Source of the DNA: Hyaloraphidium curvatum SAG 235-1 | Lineage: Eukaryota > Fungi > Monoblepharomycota | DNA length: 64,000 nucleotides | Assembly (NCBI GenBank): GCA_025558095.1 | Contig: JAIVFI010000035.1 | Location: 186,001-250,000, forward strand | Direction: 5' to 3' | Shown here: positions 11,564 to 24,440 of the stretch, piece by piece | Position numbering within the stretch: position 1 is the first letter of the stretch | Layout of the letters: every line of letters starts with the position of its first letter | Made by a program: the position numbers and the translations under genes | The notes under the pieces: generated by a model | The model's input: only the letters and a program-made list of their open reading frames with translations | Told to the model about the DNA's origin: nothing | Databases searched by the model: none

Positions 11564-14123
11564 ATGGAAAGGCCCATTCCGCGCCTGCCTCCAGATGCGC
11601 TGCCGACACCGCCGCGCCGGAGGCTGCCTCCAGTCCTTCAGTACCCGCCCAACGCCGACGCGATATCGCAGCTTCCCGTTCACCCGGACCTGCTCGAGGA
11701 GCGCGCCAAAGCTACGTTCGCCATCCGCGATTTGACGCACGTTCTGCACGGTGGGGCGGACAACTTCGCCAAGTACGAACACTACAGGTGAGGGCCGTCG
11801 AGAGCTGGAGCCCCGAGTGTTTACACTCCTCGGCAGAGCGATCGTGGAGGAAGACCCGGTCCTGGAATCGATGAACAAGATCAGGTCGTACTTCCTCCCG
11901 CGGAAGGAGCACGTCTTCAACGGCTGGAGAAAGATCAAGCGGCTCAAGGAGCTCCGAATGCAGCATTCGTGGAGCCGTGCCGAGCTCGACATGGCCATCG
12001 CGGCGCTGAACGAGTCCTTGCCGATCAACCAATCGGACGGCATCTTCAAGGGGGCTATCGCGACGAACGGGTCGGACGAGCAGGTCAATGCTTGGTTCAA
12101 ACTCGCCGACAACTGGCAAACCTTGGGTTCCTATGGCCAAACTGGTGCGCGTCAATCTTTGACGGTGCTCCATGTCCACGCCTCACCGACCATCTGCTGC
12201 AGAGCTGGGCCACGGCAGCAACGTGAGCGCCTTGGAAACAACGGCAACGTACGATCCCGAAAGCCAGACCTTCGACTTGCATTCGCCAACGCTTACAAGC
12301 GCCAAGTTCTGGCCTGGAGGACTGGCACTCACGGGGACACATTCGGTGGTTTACGCACAGCTTGTCCTCCCCGGGAACAAGAAGATGGGCGTCAACCCGT
12401 TCTACGTGCAGTTGCGCGATCCCGACACCGGAGACTGGCTTCCGGGCATCAAGTCCATGGACCTGGGGCCCAAGATGGCATACGCGGCCCTCGATAATGG
12501 ATTCTGTTACTTCAGCCACGTCCAGATACCTCTCACGGCTCTGCTGTCGCGGGCGGTCACGCTTTCGCCTGACGGCGTTTTCACGCGGAACCCGGCCTAC
12601 GATTCGCGCAACCATTTTGCCACGATGCTGCTCACTCGAATTGCGATTGGGATGAGGTGAGCTTTTGGCCTTTTGGTCCCCGACTGCGCAGCTCACGAAG
12701 GTGCATGCAGCTACGGCATCTGCCTGGCTTCTGGCTGCACCATCGCGACTCGTTACACGTGCATTCGACGACAGTTCGGAAACGATAGCAAGGGGAAGGA
12801 GCTCAAGGTTCTTGATTATCCGTCCATGCGGATGCGGGTCCTTGTGCCGCTCGCAGCCAGTTTTGCGTTCCACTTCGCCGGCCAAGCCCTGTCTCGCCTT
12901 GCAGAGCCCTTGCGGAAGGGCGACTTCCGGATGCTGCAGGAGCTCCACGCCGCAAGCTCTTGCCTCAAGGTCTCAGGCTCGCTATACGCGACAGGTCTGC
13001 GCGGCGGGTACCTTCTCGATTTTTCTGACGTTTTAATGTCGTTTAGGCGGTCTCGAAGAGCTGCGCCGTGCGCAAGGGGGGCTCGGGTTCAGCTTGCTGA
13101 GCGGCATGCCGAGCTTTGTTGGGCAGTGAGTCTTTGTCGTCGCTGCATTGTCGTATGGGAATGTTTCCTGATATCGGGGTCTGCAGGATCGCCCGGCTCA
13201 ACACCGTTGAAGGCGACACCTACGTCCTCACGCAGCAAACGGCGCGATGGCTCCTCAAGCAGGCCGCGTCTCTTCTGAAGCCCCAGAAGCAGAAAGGGAC
13301 TGATGCAGATGCGAAGATCGAGCTTCCGATCACGGTGGATTACCTTGAACGCCTCAAGGTCGTCGACCACGAGAAATGCGCTGCGACTAGGCGCGAGGAT
13401 TTCCGCAAGCCCGAAGTCCAGCTGCATGCAGTGTCGCACTGGGCGCTGCGCTCTCTCAAGGACCTTTACGATGAAGTCGAGGTCAATGGGCGGCAACTCA
13501 CGGGTGCGTGGAGCACCTTTGGAGAATCGCGAGCTACTTCTCAACCATTTGCTGCAGACTCGCTCCTGCTTGTCGACCCGTGCGCGGTGTCGCACGGATA
13601 CGCACTCGTTTCTCGGTACTTTGATGCAGACGTGTCCGCGATGGAGTCGGATCCGAGCCATCCGTCGGCCGAATACGTCAAGTCTTCGCCATCGCTTCTC
13701 CCCATTTTCCGCAAGCTGCAATCGCTCTTCAACCTGAGCCTGCTCGTTGTGGCGGTCACCCCCCTCTCGCACATCATGGCCCCCGCCACGCTCTTGCTCG
13801 GGGATGGGTACCTCAACGGAGAGCAGCTCGGATGGATCAGGGCCGAGATCCGGAGCCTGCTCGACGAGATCAGGCCGTATGCCGTGTCCCTCGCCGATGC
13901 CTGGGCGATCAGCGACCGCCAGCTCGGCTCTCTGACTGGGCGGTACGATGGCCGTTGCTACGAGAACCTCGCGGATGTCTTGTCCAAGTACGAACCGCTC
14001 AACACGGACTCGGCGGAAGTGCGGAAGGTGTGGCTCGACACGATCGGATGGTGCCGCAAGGCGGGACTGGAATCGGTGCTGCAGGAGATCGAACGCGGGC
14101 GTAGACCGGGGTGGAAGCTGTGA
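11564..14123 (+). CDS. Acyl-CoA oxidase (peroxisomal type), multi-exon
   Basis: GSYGQTELGHGSNV, FDLHSPTLTSAKFWPGGL, GPKMAYAALDNG, TIATRYTCIRRQF, VEGDTYVLTQQ (catalytic Glu), LGSLTGRYDG. Ends GWKL. Confidence 0.92.
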
Positions 14124-14216
14124 ACCCGGAAAGATCGATAGACCAAGTGAACCCGGCACCAGCAGAAACTTCCGGGACGCGTCACCATCCCAACCCGACG
14201 CGGCCCCTCAGTTGCC

Positions 14217-16264
14217 ATGGGCACTCGAAGAAGGGAAACGCGACCCCTTAAATTCCTTTCTCTGTTCTGTCTTTGCTTGGCGGTCATCTCGGCGCTTCTT
14301 GAGCTCGCGCTCGCGGACGAGAAACACAAGGATGGCGCCGTGGTCCACCTCGACGAGGCCGCATTCCAGAACGAGATTGCCAGCGGGACGAAGCTCATCT
14401 TCTGGGGGGCGACATGGTGTCCACATTGTGTCGCGTTGACGCCCACCTGGGGCCAGCTCACGACTCGCCTCGCGGACCTTGCGTCGCGCAACTTCCGGAT
14501 CTTCAAAGTGGAATGCACGGAAAACGAGCAGCTCTGCAAGAGCCAGAGGCTTGCCGGATATCCTAGCATTATTCTCTTCCACGATGGCAAACGAGTGGAC
14601 GATTATCACGGGTCTCGCGCCCTCGAGGACCTGGAGCGATATGCACGTTCGAAGGCCGATCAGTACGCCGTCGAGGCCCCCGAAGAAGGCGAAGTTGTTT
14701 CGACTGATGATGTACAAGAGACTGAGGACGTTGCGGAGAGCCCACGCGCGCCGGTGGAGGCCATTCGTGGGGACATCCAGCGGGTTTACTCCAACATCTA
14801 TCCGAGCGGTGGCGATGCCGCGGGCGACGGCAGTACAATCGTTCTAGACAGCCGGAACTTTGACGAAGTGGGTTTTGCTCGTCAGCCCGCTTTTCGGCTT
14901 GTAAATCAAGGCAACTGGCTTGCCAGCAAACGCTCCTCCAGCCCTCGTCACCGATCTTCGTCAAGTTCTACGCTCCGTGGTGTCAACACTGCCAAAAGCT
15001 GATGCCTACATGGGACAAGCTGGGTCAGAATCCCGACGTGAAGGGCAAGGTCCGAATCGGCAAGGTAGGCGCGGTCGATAACTCATTTTGGTGGCGTCGA
15101 TGACACGATTCTTGGAGGTGGACTGCACTTCTTCCAAGGAGCTGTGCAAGCGATTCGAAGTGAAGGGCTACCCTTCCTTGAAGCTTGTCCACGGGAACGA
15201 TACCATCGACTACAGGGGCCCACGATCGGCGGAATCCCTCGTCGCTTTCTGCCAGGCGCAACTGAAGTAAGAGACGTGCCGCCTTGCCGTGGCTATCTCT
15301 CACGCGTGCTCAGGCTTCCAGTGTTGGCGACGACTGCTTCGAGCTTGCACGAGGACACCAAAGACCAAGAGCTCGCTTTTGTTTTCCTCTACAGCGATCA
15401 CGATGGCGCCGCGGACCTGATGGTGGGTTGGGTTGGGCCGTTTTGCTGGTCTGCTGAAGCTCAAATCGTTGCCAGGCAAAATTCATTCGCGTCGCCAGGC
15501 GTTTCCACCACAAGGCCCCTTTCGTGGTGTCGTCCGATCCCGAGCTTTTGCGCGAGCTGGACCCATCGGCATCGGCCAAGGATCTTCCGCGGATCTATGT
15601 GATCCGCCTTTCCGACCACAAGAACCCGACGCGGTTCTGCCGGTCGCACGACCTCGAGGGCATACTGGAGTGGGTCGGCGAAAAGATGGAGCTGGGCGTG
15701 CAGGAGCTCAACGAGGGTACCGCTTCGACGCTCATGAGCGGGGAGAACGGGAAGCTCGTAGTGCTCGGCGTTTTGGATCCTGGGGTCCCGTCGGGCACGG
15801 CGTTGATCGGCGAGTTGAGAAAGGCGGCCGGGAAGGCGGCCAAGGAGCTGGCAGGGGAACCCCGCGTCGTCTTTGGCTATCTTGACGGAAAGCGCTTCAA
15901 GGACTACGCTTCCAAGCTCTACGGGTACCGCGGAGAACCGCGCGTCGTGGTTTCCGATCCTGCAGGGCAAAAGTACTACGATGTGGACGCCAAAGGGCAT
16001 GCGATCGCGCCGCACGCGGACGACATGATTGCTGCGGCGCGGGAGGCCAGGGCCGGGACGCTGCCGGTCCGGTATACCGACAACTGGGTGATCCGGACCT
16101 TCAAGGCCGTCAGCAAGGCGACCCAAGGGTTCGGCGAGTTCGTCACGGCGAGACCCTGGATCTTGGTCGCCTTTGTGCTCAGTGTGGCCGCGCTCGGCGT
16201 GTACCTGCTCTTCGTCTTCGACGACAGCGGTCACCACGCAAAAACGGGCGGGAAGGCGGAATGA
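14217..16264 (+). CDS. Membrane-anchored protein disulfide isomerase (Eps1/TMX-like) with two CxxC thioredoxin domains
   Basis: Signal peptide, WCPHC and (after an intron) FYAPWCQHC, additional redox-inactive Trx-like region, C-terminal TM (WILVAFVLSVAALGVYLLFVF) and a short Lys-containing tail. Confidence 0.85.
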
Positions 16265-16388
16265 GAGGCAATGTACATGCGTGTTGATTGAGCCAGTTTA
16301 CAATGGACACCCGCCCGTGTACCCCTCGGTCGGCCGGATCAAGAGAGCATAAAGACCGCCGGCAAGAAGCCTACAAGGAGACCGGCCC

Positions 16389-19300
16389 TCAAAGGACCTC
16401 ATCCTCTATCTCCTCCTCCAGGCTGTTGTCGCTGGCGAGAGCGGGGCGCGGCCGGTAGGACTCTGCCACCAGCTCGTCCTCATCCTCGTAGGTGATGCTG
16501 GCCGTCGCCTTGAGGGGCCCGACCGCCGTCGGCTTGCCGCTGATGGATATGACCGCCGGATCGAGCTCCGAGTCCGAGTCGGGCTCCTCCTCGGTGCCGG
16601 ACCCGTTGTCCGCGCGCGCCGCCGCGCGGCCCGATGCGGCCGCAAACAGGGCGTCGTCGAAGAGCATGCGCTCCAGCTCCTTGTTCCCGACCTCGCGCCT
16701 GCCGTCCTCGACCACCGGCTCGATCTCCTCCCGCAGCAGCTCCGCATCCGAATCGGCGCCGTCCGAGTCGCTCGCGTAGTCGACCAGGGGGAGCGCGCGG
16801 ATGACCGGCCGCGCGGCGACCACGGGCACCGCAGCCTCCTTGCCCTGCAACTCCTCCGCCGACGGCGACCCGGCCTCCGAGTTGTCGTCCCGGCCCTCGG
16901 ACAGGATCGGCGTCACCTGCACCCAGTCCGACAGCCCGGGCGACATGCCGCCCTTGCCGGCGGCCGTCTTGTCCGAGTCGGGGAGCGAGCACCCGTCGTC
17001 GTTGGCCTGCTCGTGCGCGCGCGGCGCCGGCGCGGGGTCCGCGTGGCCGCGCTCGGAGCGCGCGTCCTCGGTCACGTCCGTGAGGCTCTCGGGGGTCCGG
17101 TACTGCTCCATCGCCACGTCGCCCTGGAATTCGGATTCGACAAGCGTCGCGTCCGTCTCCTTGCGGAAGACCACGACCTTGGACGCATCGCCCTGCGCCG
17201 CGGGGGTGTCGGCCTCCTGGGGCTGCTCCTCGGGAACGTCCACGAAGCGCGCTTCCTCCTCGGCCGAAGGGCTCCCGGGCCCGGCGTCGATCTCCATGGC
17301 GGCCAACCCGTCGTCCTGCTGCTGCTCCTGCGCAATCTCGACCGTCTCGTGCACCTCCTCGTGCTCGGGCGCGGGGGAGGATGCGCCGGCCGGCGCGGGC
17401 GAATGGATCTTGGGCAGCTCCGGCGACTTGATCCGCTTGGGCGACGGCTCCCGCGCCGGCGACGCGGCGCGCTTGCGCCCCTGCGCCTCCTTGTCCGCCT
17501 CCTCGGCCAGCGGCGCGGGAGCAGGCACCGGCGGCAGCGCTTCGTTGCGCGGCGGCGCCGCGTTCTCCGCCCCCGGCCCGGCATCCGACGGCCTCGGCCC
17601 CTTGCTCCGCCGCTTGTGCACCACCACCGCCGGGTGCTGCGCCGCCTTGGCCCTCTCGGCGCGGCGGATCGCGCGCGCGTCCGAGGGGTTGGCGGCCACC
17701 GCCGCGTCCGCCTCGGCCTCGCGCTCGCGTATCTCGTCGAGCGTGTCGGCCCGCCGGCGGGGCCGGTTGGGCTTCTTGTGCTCGTCCGAGAGCATTGCTT
17801 CGGGCGACGGGTCGGCGACGACGCTGGCGCTCATGACCACGATCGGCTCGGTCGGCACGGGGAGCGGGGCAGGGACCTCGAGCTTAGCCTCGACCGGCTG
17901 TACGTGCATCGCCTGCTGAGCCTGGGCCGCCGCATCCGGAGCAGCGGGCGGGATGACGACCGAAGCCTGCTTCTTGGGCCTGCCGGGTCCGCGCTTGACG
18001 AACGGGGCCACGAGCTGCTGCCCCTCGTCGTACTGCCTCGGTGCGTTCGGATCCAGGGGCACGGGCGCGAGCGGCGTCGTCGGGCGGGTCGCATCGGGCG
18101 TGGGGAGGGGGTTGGGCGTCGGGCCGGAGCTGCGCGTCGAGTAGCGCGAGGCGGCGGGAGGGGGCTTGTACTGCTGCGACTTTGGCGGGCGGCCCGGGCG
18201 ACGGGGTGCGGGGCGCGGCGCCTCGCCTGCTACTGCCGGCGCCGGTGCGGCGGCTGGTGCCGGCGCAACGGCCGCGGGCGGCTCCTGAGGCGAGACGAGC
18301 ACGGGGGAGGTGATCATGGGGGAGGCCACCATGGGGGATCCGACCATGGGCTGCACCGGGAGCACGGCTTCCGTCTTGAGGGTCGGCGGGGGCACAACAG
18401 CGGGTGGAGGAGCAGGGCGCGGGGGTGCGGATGCGGTGACGGGGATGCTCGGTTCCGTAGCGCGGCGCGGGCCGAGCGGGACGGGTGCTGCCGCCGGCGG
18501 CGCCGATGCGGGTCCGGCGGTGGGTGTGGGTGCCGAAACAGCCGATGCGGGCGCATCCGTGTCCCTGCGGCGCTGGGTGTTGATGACCGGGTGGCGGGGC
18601 TGCGACGGGGTCGCGAGCTCCTGCGCCGCCGCGGCGATCGGGGCGTGGGGAGACCGCAGCACCCTGCGCAGCGGCGGCGCGACCTCGCGCGGGGGCAGAG
18701 TCCTGGGTGCGACCGCGGATGCCGGGCCGCGAGGAATCGGGGCATGGTGCTGGGAGAGGTCGATGTGCATGCCGGCCGGCAGGGTGTGCCTGCGCTCCAC
18801 CGGGGCCCGCTGGGCCTGCGCCGGCGCCGCGGCCGGGGCCGAGACGGTGCTGCGCGGCGGCAGCTTCTCCGACGCCGCGGCCACCGGCTCGTCGGTGCGG
18901 ACCTTCCGCGGGATCGCCGGCCGCGGGGGCACGAAGGGCAGGATGGTGGCGAGCGACACGCCCGCGCACGGGCCGTCCTCGATGACGATGCCCTGGGTGT
19001 GGTTGTCGACCGCGACGTCCACGATGATGACGTCGCTCGGGATCTGCGGATCCGACAGGGCGAGGTTCCCGAGGTCGGGCGGGGGTTGGAGCCCGGTATC
19101 GGGGGATGCGGGCGGGCGCACGGCCGCGACCCTGGGGAAGGCCTGGGTGATTTCGTCGTCGAGCAGCGACTCGCCGAGCGCGGGATCGTCGCCGGGGAAC
19201 TCTGCGGGGGCGGGGCGGGGCGCATGAGCCGGGCCGGGTGCGCGGGGGACGGGGGGCCCGCACCGTCGAGGGTCCCGCACAGCTCCATCAGCGTGTCGGT

Positions 19301-19637
19301 GAACGAGGGCTCGTCCTCGGGCGACGGCAGGTCGTCTGCGGGGTCGGCTGCCGCGGGCGCGGCGTACAGACGGCGGCGGAAGGGCCAGCGGGGCCGCGAC
19401 GAGTGCAGCGGCGGCGCGGCCTTTGGCAGCAGCGGCGGGTCGTCCCAGGCGCTGGATGGACGGGGAGCGGGCGGGGCGGGGGCGTCAGCGGGCAGCGGGA
19501 GCGGGACACGGGCCGTCGCACCTCCACGAGCAGTTCGATGCGGCGTCGTCGAAGTCGTCCGCGTCCAGGTCGTCCCCGTCGGCGGGCTGCGCGCGCAGCG
19601 AGTGCGCCTGCAGATGCAGCGGCACGGGCCGCTTCAT
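16389..19637 (-). CDS. Large disordered Pro/Ala-rich protein with two AT-hook motifs and an acidic C-terminus (putative chromatin protein)
   Basis: PRRPGRPPK and KRGPGRPKK AT-hooks and NLS-like basic clusters. Two plausible 5' introns join an ATG at 19637; the start is uncertain. Confidence 0.6.
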
Positions 19638-21403
19638 TGAGATGTCTGGCGGCAGCGGGCGGGCTGCGCGGCGGCCCGGATCTCTCTCTGCGGGGCCGCG
19701 CATTGTGCGCAGCGGGCGGCGCGGCGCGGCCGGCGGCGGCGGGGGCCGCGGCGGGCCCTCCGCGACTGCGGGGCGGAGAGCGTGCGGCGGGCGCGGGGAG
19801 GGCGGGCGCGTCAGCGGTGCGGGCGGCGGATGGGCGCGGGCGGTGCGCGGAGGGCGGCGGTGCGGCCGCCACGGGGCTCCGCAGGCGTCGGAGCCCCGCG
19901 CGCCGCCCGGCGGCGTCGCCATCCGGCGCCGGCAAGCGCCGCCCCGCAGTCCCGCGGCCGCCCGGTCCGGCACGGTGGCACTCACTCAGCGGATCCTCCG
20001 TCGTGGCCGTTTCCTCGCGGGCGACGGAGCACTGGCGGGCCCTCCCGGCCCGCGCGGCGAAGGCGGGCGGCGCGCTAAACGGCGGCGCGCCGGCTCCGCG
20101 CGTCCGCGGCGCGGGGGAGCGGGGGGGAGGGGGAAGGGGAAATGAGGTGCGTGCGTGTGGGGCAGACAGCCGAAGGACCCGTCTTTCGCACCAGCCTGAC
20201 TTCAGGCCAGCACGGCGGATGAAGCCCTCGGCACCTTGCCAGCGCACAGATCAGCCCCAAAATCCTCGCAGGCGAGATAACTCACCCTGATGGATGGTGC
20301 GGCTCCTGGGCCCGCTAAGCTGCCGCCGGATCTGGGCCCCTTCATGAGCCCGCGCCTGCGTCCCGAAGCGCCGCGGCCGGTGGGGCAGCTCAGCATGATC
20401 GCGCAGATTGCGCCACCACACTCCCAGAAGACCGGGAGGGCACCCTGATGCGTCTGATTGGGTGTCGTTGGTCGAGGGGGACAGTCGGCCGTGGCCGTCC
20501 CCTTCCACGTGCTTGGGAACCGCACGCCAAAACCTGCAAACGAGCGGCCCGGCCTCTCCGTCCGCGCGGCAAGTTCGCGCGCGCGCTTGGTTTGCGAAAA
20601 ACTCCGTCGGCCCCGGAAGAGAAGCTGATCTGCCACGAGACCGACGCGTCCCCCTTAGACTGGAAGGGGTAGGGGAGCATAGTAATGGTCGATCGATGCC
20701 CCCGTCAACGACCACGATCGGCTCTGGCAACGGACAAGCCCACCGTTTTGCGCTTCAGCCTCCCGGCTTTCCTTCCTGCGCCGCCTTTGACCGCGTCAGG
20801 GGACCGACGCCCCGGCCCCCGGCTCCGGGCCTTGCGGAGGCCTCCAAATCGCTGCCGGCTCCGCACACTGGCCCCTCATAGAATCAGTTTCAGGTCCATT
20901 TGGTCGGATAGAGGAGCAGGACCCGTGTGGTGGGCACGTCCCTCCCCCCTCCTCGGCAAGCCGGGCGTCTCAAAGCCCGAGACGCGCACGGCCCAGATCT
21001 CCCTCCCTGCCTTCCAAAGCCGGCCTGCAGCGGCTCTCTAATCCGGCGCCGATCGTCCCCACGGCGCGCCCCTGCCGGGCGTACCGGCGCGCGCGGTCTC
21101 AACGACGCGTCCGAGGTTCGCATGCGTCCGTACCCTCGCACCGCGCCGCGATCGGCATGCGGGCACATGGCTTTGGTCGCGAGAGACTACGGAGCGGATC
21201 CCGCGCATCGGAACGCGTCTGGTTGCCACGAGCGCGCGGGGAACGCGCAGCGAAATTTGACGTGCACCGGGCCGTGTTTACTTGCAAGTTCTTCCCCTCC
21301 AATCACACCAGATTTAGCATGCAATAGCCCACGGCCCCGAAGCAGGGCCGGCAATAATCTCATTAACCCCCTTTACACCGCATCCTGCCACCCCGGCGCC
21401 CCC

Positions 21404-23092
21404 TCACGCCGACGGCGGCCTCGGCGCCACGACCCTGATCGTCGTCCCCGGCTTCCCCTGCGCCGACGGCCCCTTGACGACGATGACCGGCCGCGCCGCC
21501 GAGGCGGGGGCGGCGATGGGGGCGGGAGCGGGGGGAACGGTCCGTTCGTTGGGTATGATGCGGGGGGAGGGGTCGGGCGCCGAGGCGGTTGGGAGGTCGG
21601 CGCGGGAGGCGGAGGGGATGGGGTCCGCGGGGGGCTTGGAGGTGTCGACGTGCAGGGGGCGGTTGGGTGGTGCTTCCGGGGGTGTCGTGGCGCGCGGGGC
21701 GGCGATCCCGTTGGGCTGCTGCGGCGCAGCGGGCTGCTGCACCACCGCGGGTTGCTGCTGCGCGGCAGACTGCTGCTGTGCAGAGGCCTGCGGCTGCCCG
21801 ACGGGGAACGACGGCGGTGGCCTGAAGTTCCTTGCGGGCTCCGACGGCGGCGACCCCTTTGGCCCCTGCCTTCGAGCCTGCTGCGCCCTCTTGGCGCTGG
21901 ACTGCCGCTCGTCCTCCTCCAGCAGCCTGATCGTCGCCAGCGGCGTCGACACGGGCTTGGGCTGCGGCGGCGGGCGCTCCTCGCCCCGGCGCCACCGTCC
22001 GCGCTTGCGCTCCCCCCCGTCCGCGCCGCGGCCCTGCTCCGCCCCGCGGCCGCGCTTGACCCCCTGCGCCGGCCCGTCCCGGGCGTTCTTGTCCCCGCGG
22101 TTGCGGAGCAGCCGCTCCTCCTTGTCCCGCCGGTTGATGTGCGCCGCGTCCGTGAACTTGTCCCGCGCCGAGCGCACCCGGCTCTCGGCCGAGTTCATCT
22201 TCTCCAGCATCCGCACCGAGTTGGGCGTCCCCGCATCGTCCAGGTAGGCCAGGTTGCCGCGCAGGCCGATGTCGTCGGGGTTGGCGAGCTCCGGGTCGGC
22301 ACCGAGGAACTCGCTCACGTCCGAGAGGCCGTCGGAATAGAGCGAGTCGTACCCGTCGTCCTCCTCCATCATGTGCACATCATCGCCGCCGTTCACGGCC
22401 GGGCGATCGGCCCCTCCGTCCGCGGCGGCGGATTGCGCCGAGGCCGGCGCGGCAGCCTCAGTAGCTGGGGCGCCCGAGGCACCAGTTTGCGTTCCCTCCG
22501 AGGGTCCTGCCGCCGCTTCCACTGCGGCAGCTTTTTCCGAGGGCGTGGCGGCCGCCCGTTCCCGCTTCTTCAGCTCCTTTCTGTACTCCCGTTCCAGGGC
22601 ATCCACGCGGTGCTCCAAGGAAGCCAAAACCACGGATTCCAGCTTGCTCGTCTCCTCCTGATTGCGAAACGGACCAAAATTATTAGAATATGGCCGTTCA
22701 AGGGCCACAGGCCCCGACTCGGGGGAGAATACCAACCCGCCACAGCTCCTTGGCCTCGTCGAGGTCCACCAGACAGCGCTTCTGTATCGTCGCGCAGTCC
22801 CGGATAAAGCGCTCCCGTGCGCTCCCTATTGCGGCGTTCATCCGCTTCTCCGCGGACTCGTAGTCCTCCTGGAGCTTGGGATGCAGATCTGGGGTCCAGA
22901 TTTGAGTCATCCGCGGCGAAAACGGGCAGGGACGCGGGCACGCCCCCGCCCGCGCCGGGGCCCACCGTTGGATATCAAATCGCGCTCGATCTTGAGCAGC
23001 TGCAGCTCCACGTCCTGCTCGTCGTCCTCGTCCGTGCCGAAAGCCTCGGGCGGGTCGATCGCCCCCGCGCCGGCCTCGACCGGCGCGTCCAT
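21404..23092 (-). CDS. Putative Sds3-like (Sin3/Rpd3L subunit-type) coiled-coil protein with disordered C-terminus
   Basis: Spliced N-terminus ..LLKIERDLISN|DLHPKLQEDYESAEKRMN..ELWR|QEETSKLESVVL..LEREYRKE resembles the Sds3-family HP-helix coiled coil. Two introns. Confidence 0.45.
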
Positions 23093-23877
23093 GGCGGGAC
23101 CCGTGTGCCAGCTGGAGAGCGGCAGGGCGACTGCGGGCGGCGGAAGGGGAGGCACGGGGCGACGTTAGGAGTGTGAAGCCACGGCCGGGCCCGCCGCGCC
23201 AGGCACCGCAATCGACGGCCGGGGCAGTCCCCGCCGCTCCCCGGGCCGCGGGACCGCGCCAGCCGCGTGCCAAAATGGAGGACTTGCGCCCGGCGACGGC
23301 GGCTTGCACGATCATCCGGGTGTGCGCGCGCCCGCAGGGGGATGCGCCCGCGATTGGCCGGGAGCGCGCCCGCCGTCCCCCGCGACAATCGCGCGGCGGC
23401 CGCCGCCCGTACGGTCCATCAGGCGCCGCAAATGAATGCCCGGTTTTGCGGCGGCCCGGCGGCCATAAACGGCGGGTGCGTCTGGCGGCGCGCCGCGGCC
23501 CGTGAACCGCCCCCGCGCGGCACTCCCGTCGATCTGCCCCGGCCGGCCGCGGCGGCCCCGCGGCGCCCTTGCTGCGGCTTTTTCCCGGCGTCCGACGCGG
23601 TTGGCATGCTCACCCTGGGTCATAGAGGGGACGGGCACGGTGCTCAAGCGTGGTCAGAAATCACGCTGAGTGAGGTGGCGAACTGATCACGCACAAGCGA
23701 ACAAGTCAACAGCAGGGGGCGCCTGTGCTGCTAGCGGCTATTGAGAAGGAAGCCATCACTCCCTCCATTCGTGTGCTAGGAGCAATCGAGGACGCGCGGG
23801 CGGCCATTCAGCTCGAATCAAAGCGATCGCATCCCTCAATCCACGCGCTCGCAGAGTGCTTCCCAGAGCCTTGAGAA

Positions 23878-24390
23878 ATGAACGCGTTGGCGACCCGGGT
23901 CTGGTCTGCAGTGCGGCGGGACGCGATCTCGAAGCGATTCTACTCGAAGCGCCGGGCTCCGCGCCAGAACAGGCCGGATGGCGCCGCGCAGGTGGACAAT
24001 GTGCGGGCGCAGAACGCGGAAGTGGCGCCGGAAAAGACCCCTCGGCTGCTGTACCCTCTCCTCGCCTACTACCGAGTCGTGAACGTCGGGGCATTCGGAC
24101 TTTTTTGGTACGACAAGCAGCAGGCCCTGACCAAGGGGTGGCGAGTCCCGGAACGCACCCTCCAGCTGTCTGCCCTCATCGGAGGCTGGATCGGGGGCAT
24201 GGCCGCGATGGAGATGTTCCGACACAAGACGCAGAAAGTCTCCTTCCGTCAACCGTACTTTATGGCCGTCGCGCTCAACGCCGGGGCATCGGCACTCCTC
24301 TTCTCGGCCCTGTTCGGAAAGAACCAGGCGGTGATGTCGAAGCTGGCCCCGTTCCTCAACCAGGCGGCCCGGAATGCGCGTTTGAAGTAG
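23878..24390 (+). CDS. DUF1294 family small membrane protein with likely mitochondrial presequence; intronless
   Basis: YDKQQA..WRVPERTL..GGWIG..FRHKTQK is the DUF1294 signature; Arg/Ser/Ala-rich N-terminus. Confidence 0.88.
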   Translation: MNALATRVWSAVRRDAISKRFYSKRRAPRQNRPDGAAQVDNVRAQNAEVAPEKTPRLLYPLLAYYRVVNVGAFGLFWYDKQQALTKGWRVPERTLQLSALIGGWIGGMAAMEMFRHKTQKVSFRQPYFMAVALNAGASALLFSALFGKNQAVMSKLAPFLNQAARNARLK

Positions 24391-24440
24391 CCAATTCAAC
24401 GACAAAGGCTCAATACAATTGACATCTACGAGGGATATCG

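Noticed and set aside
17013-19640. 875-aa plus-strand ORF, and similar long ORFs such as 31645..34191, 55327..57240, 20927..22807
   Set aside because: Antisense shadows of real GC-rich genes; Arg/Gly/Ala-rich with no domain motifs.
23636-23705. TPP riboswitch call
   Set aside because: Lacks CUGAGA followed by AUACC and the GxUAAU L5 loop; kept only as an unassigned structured element.
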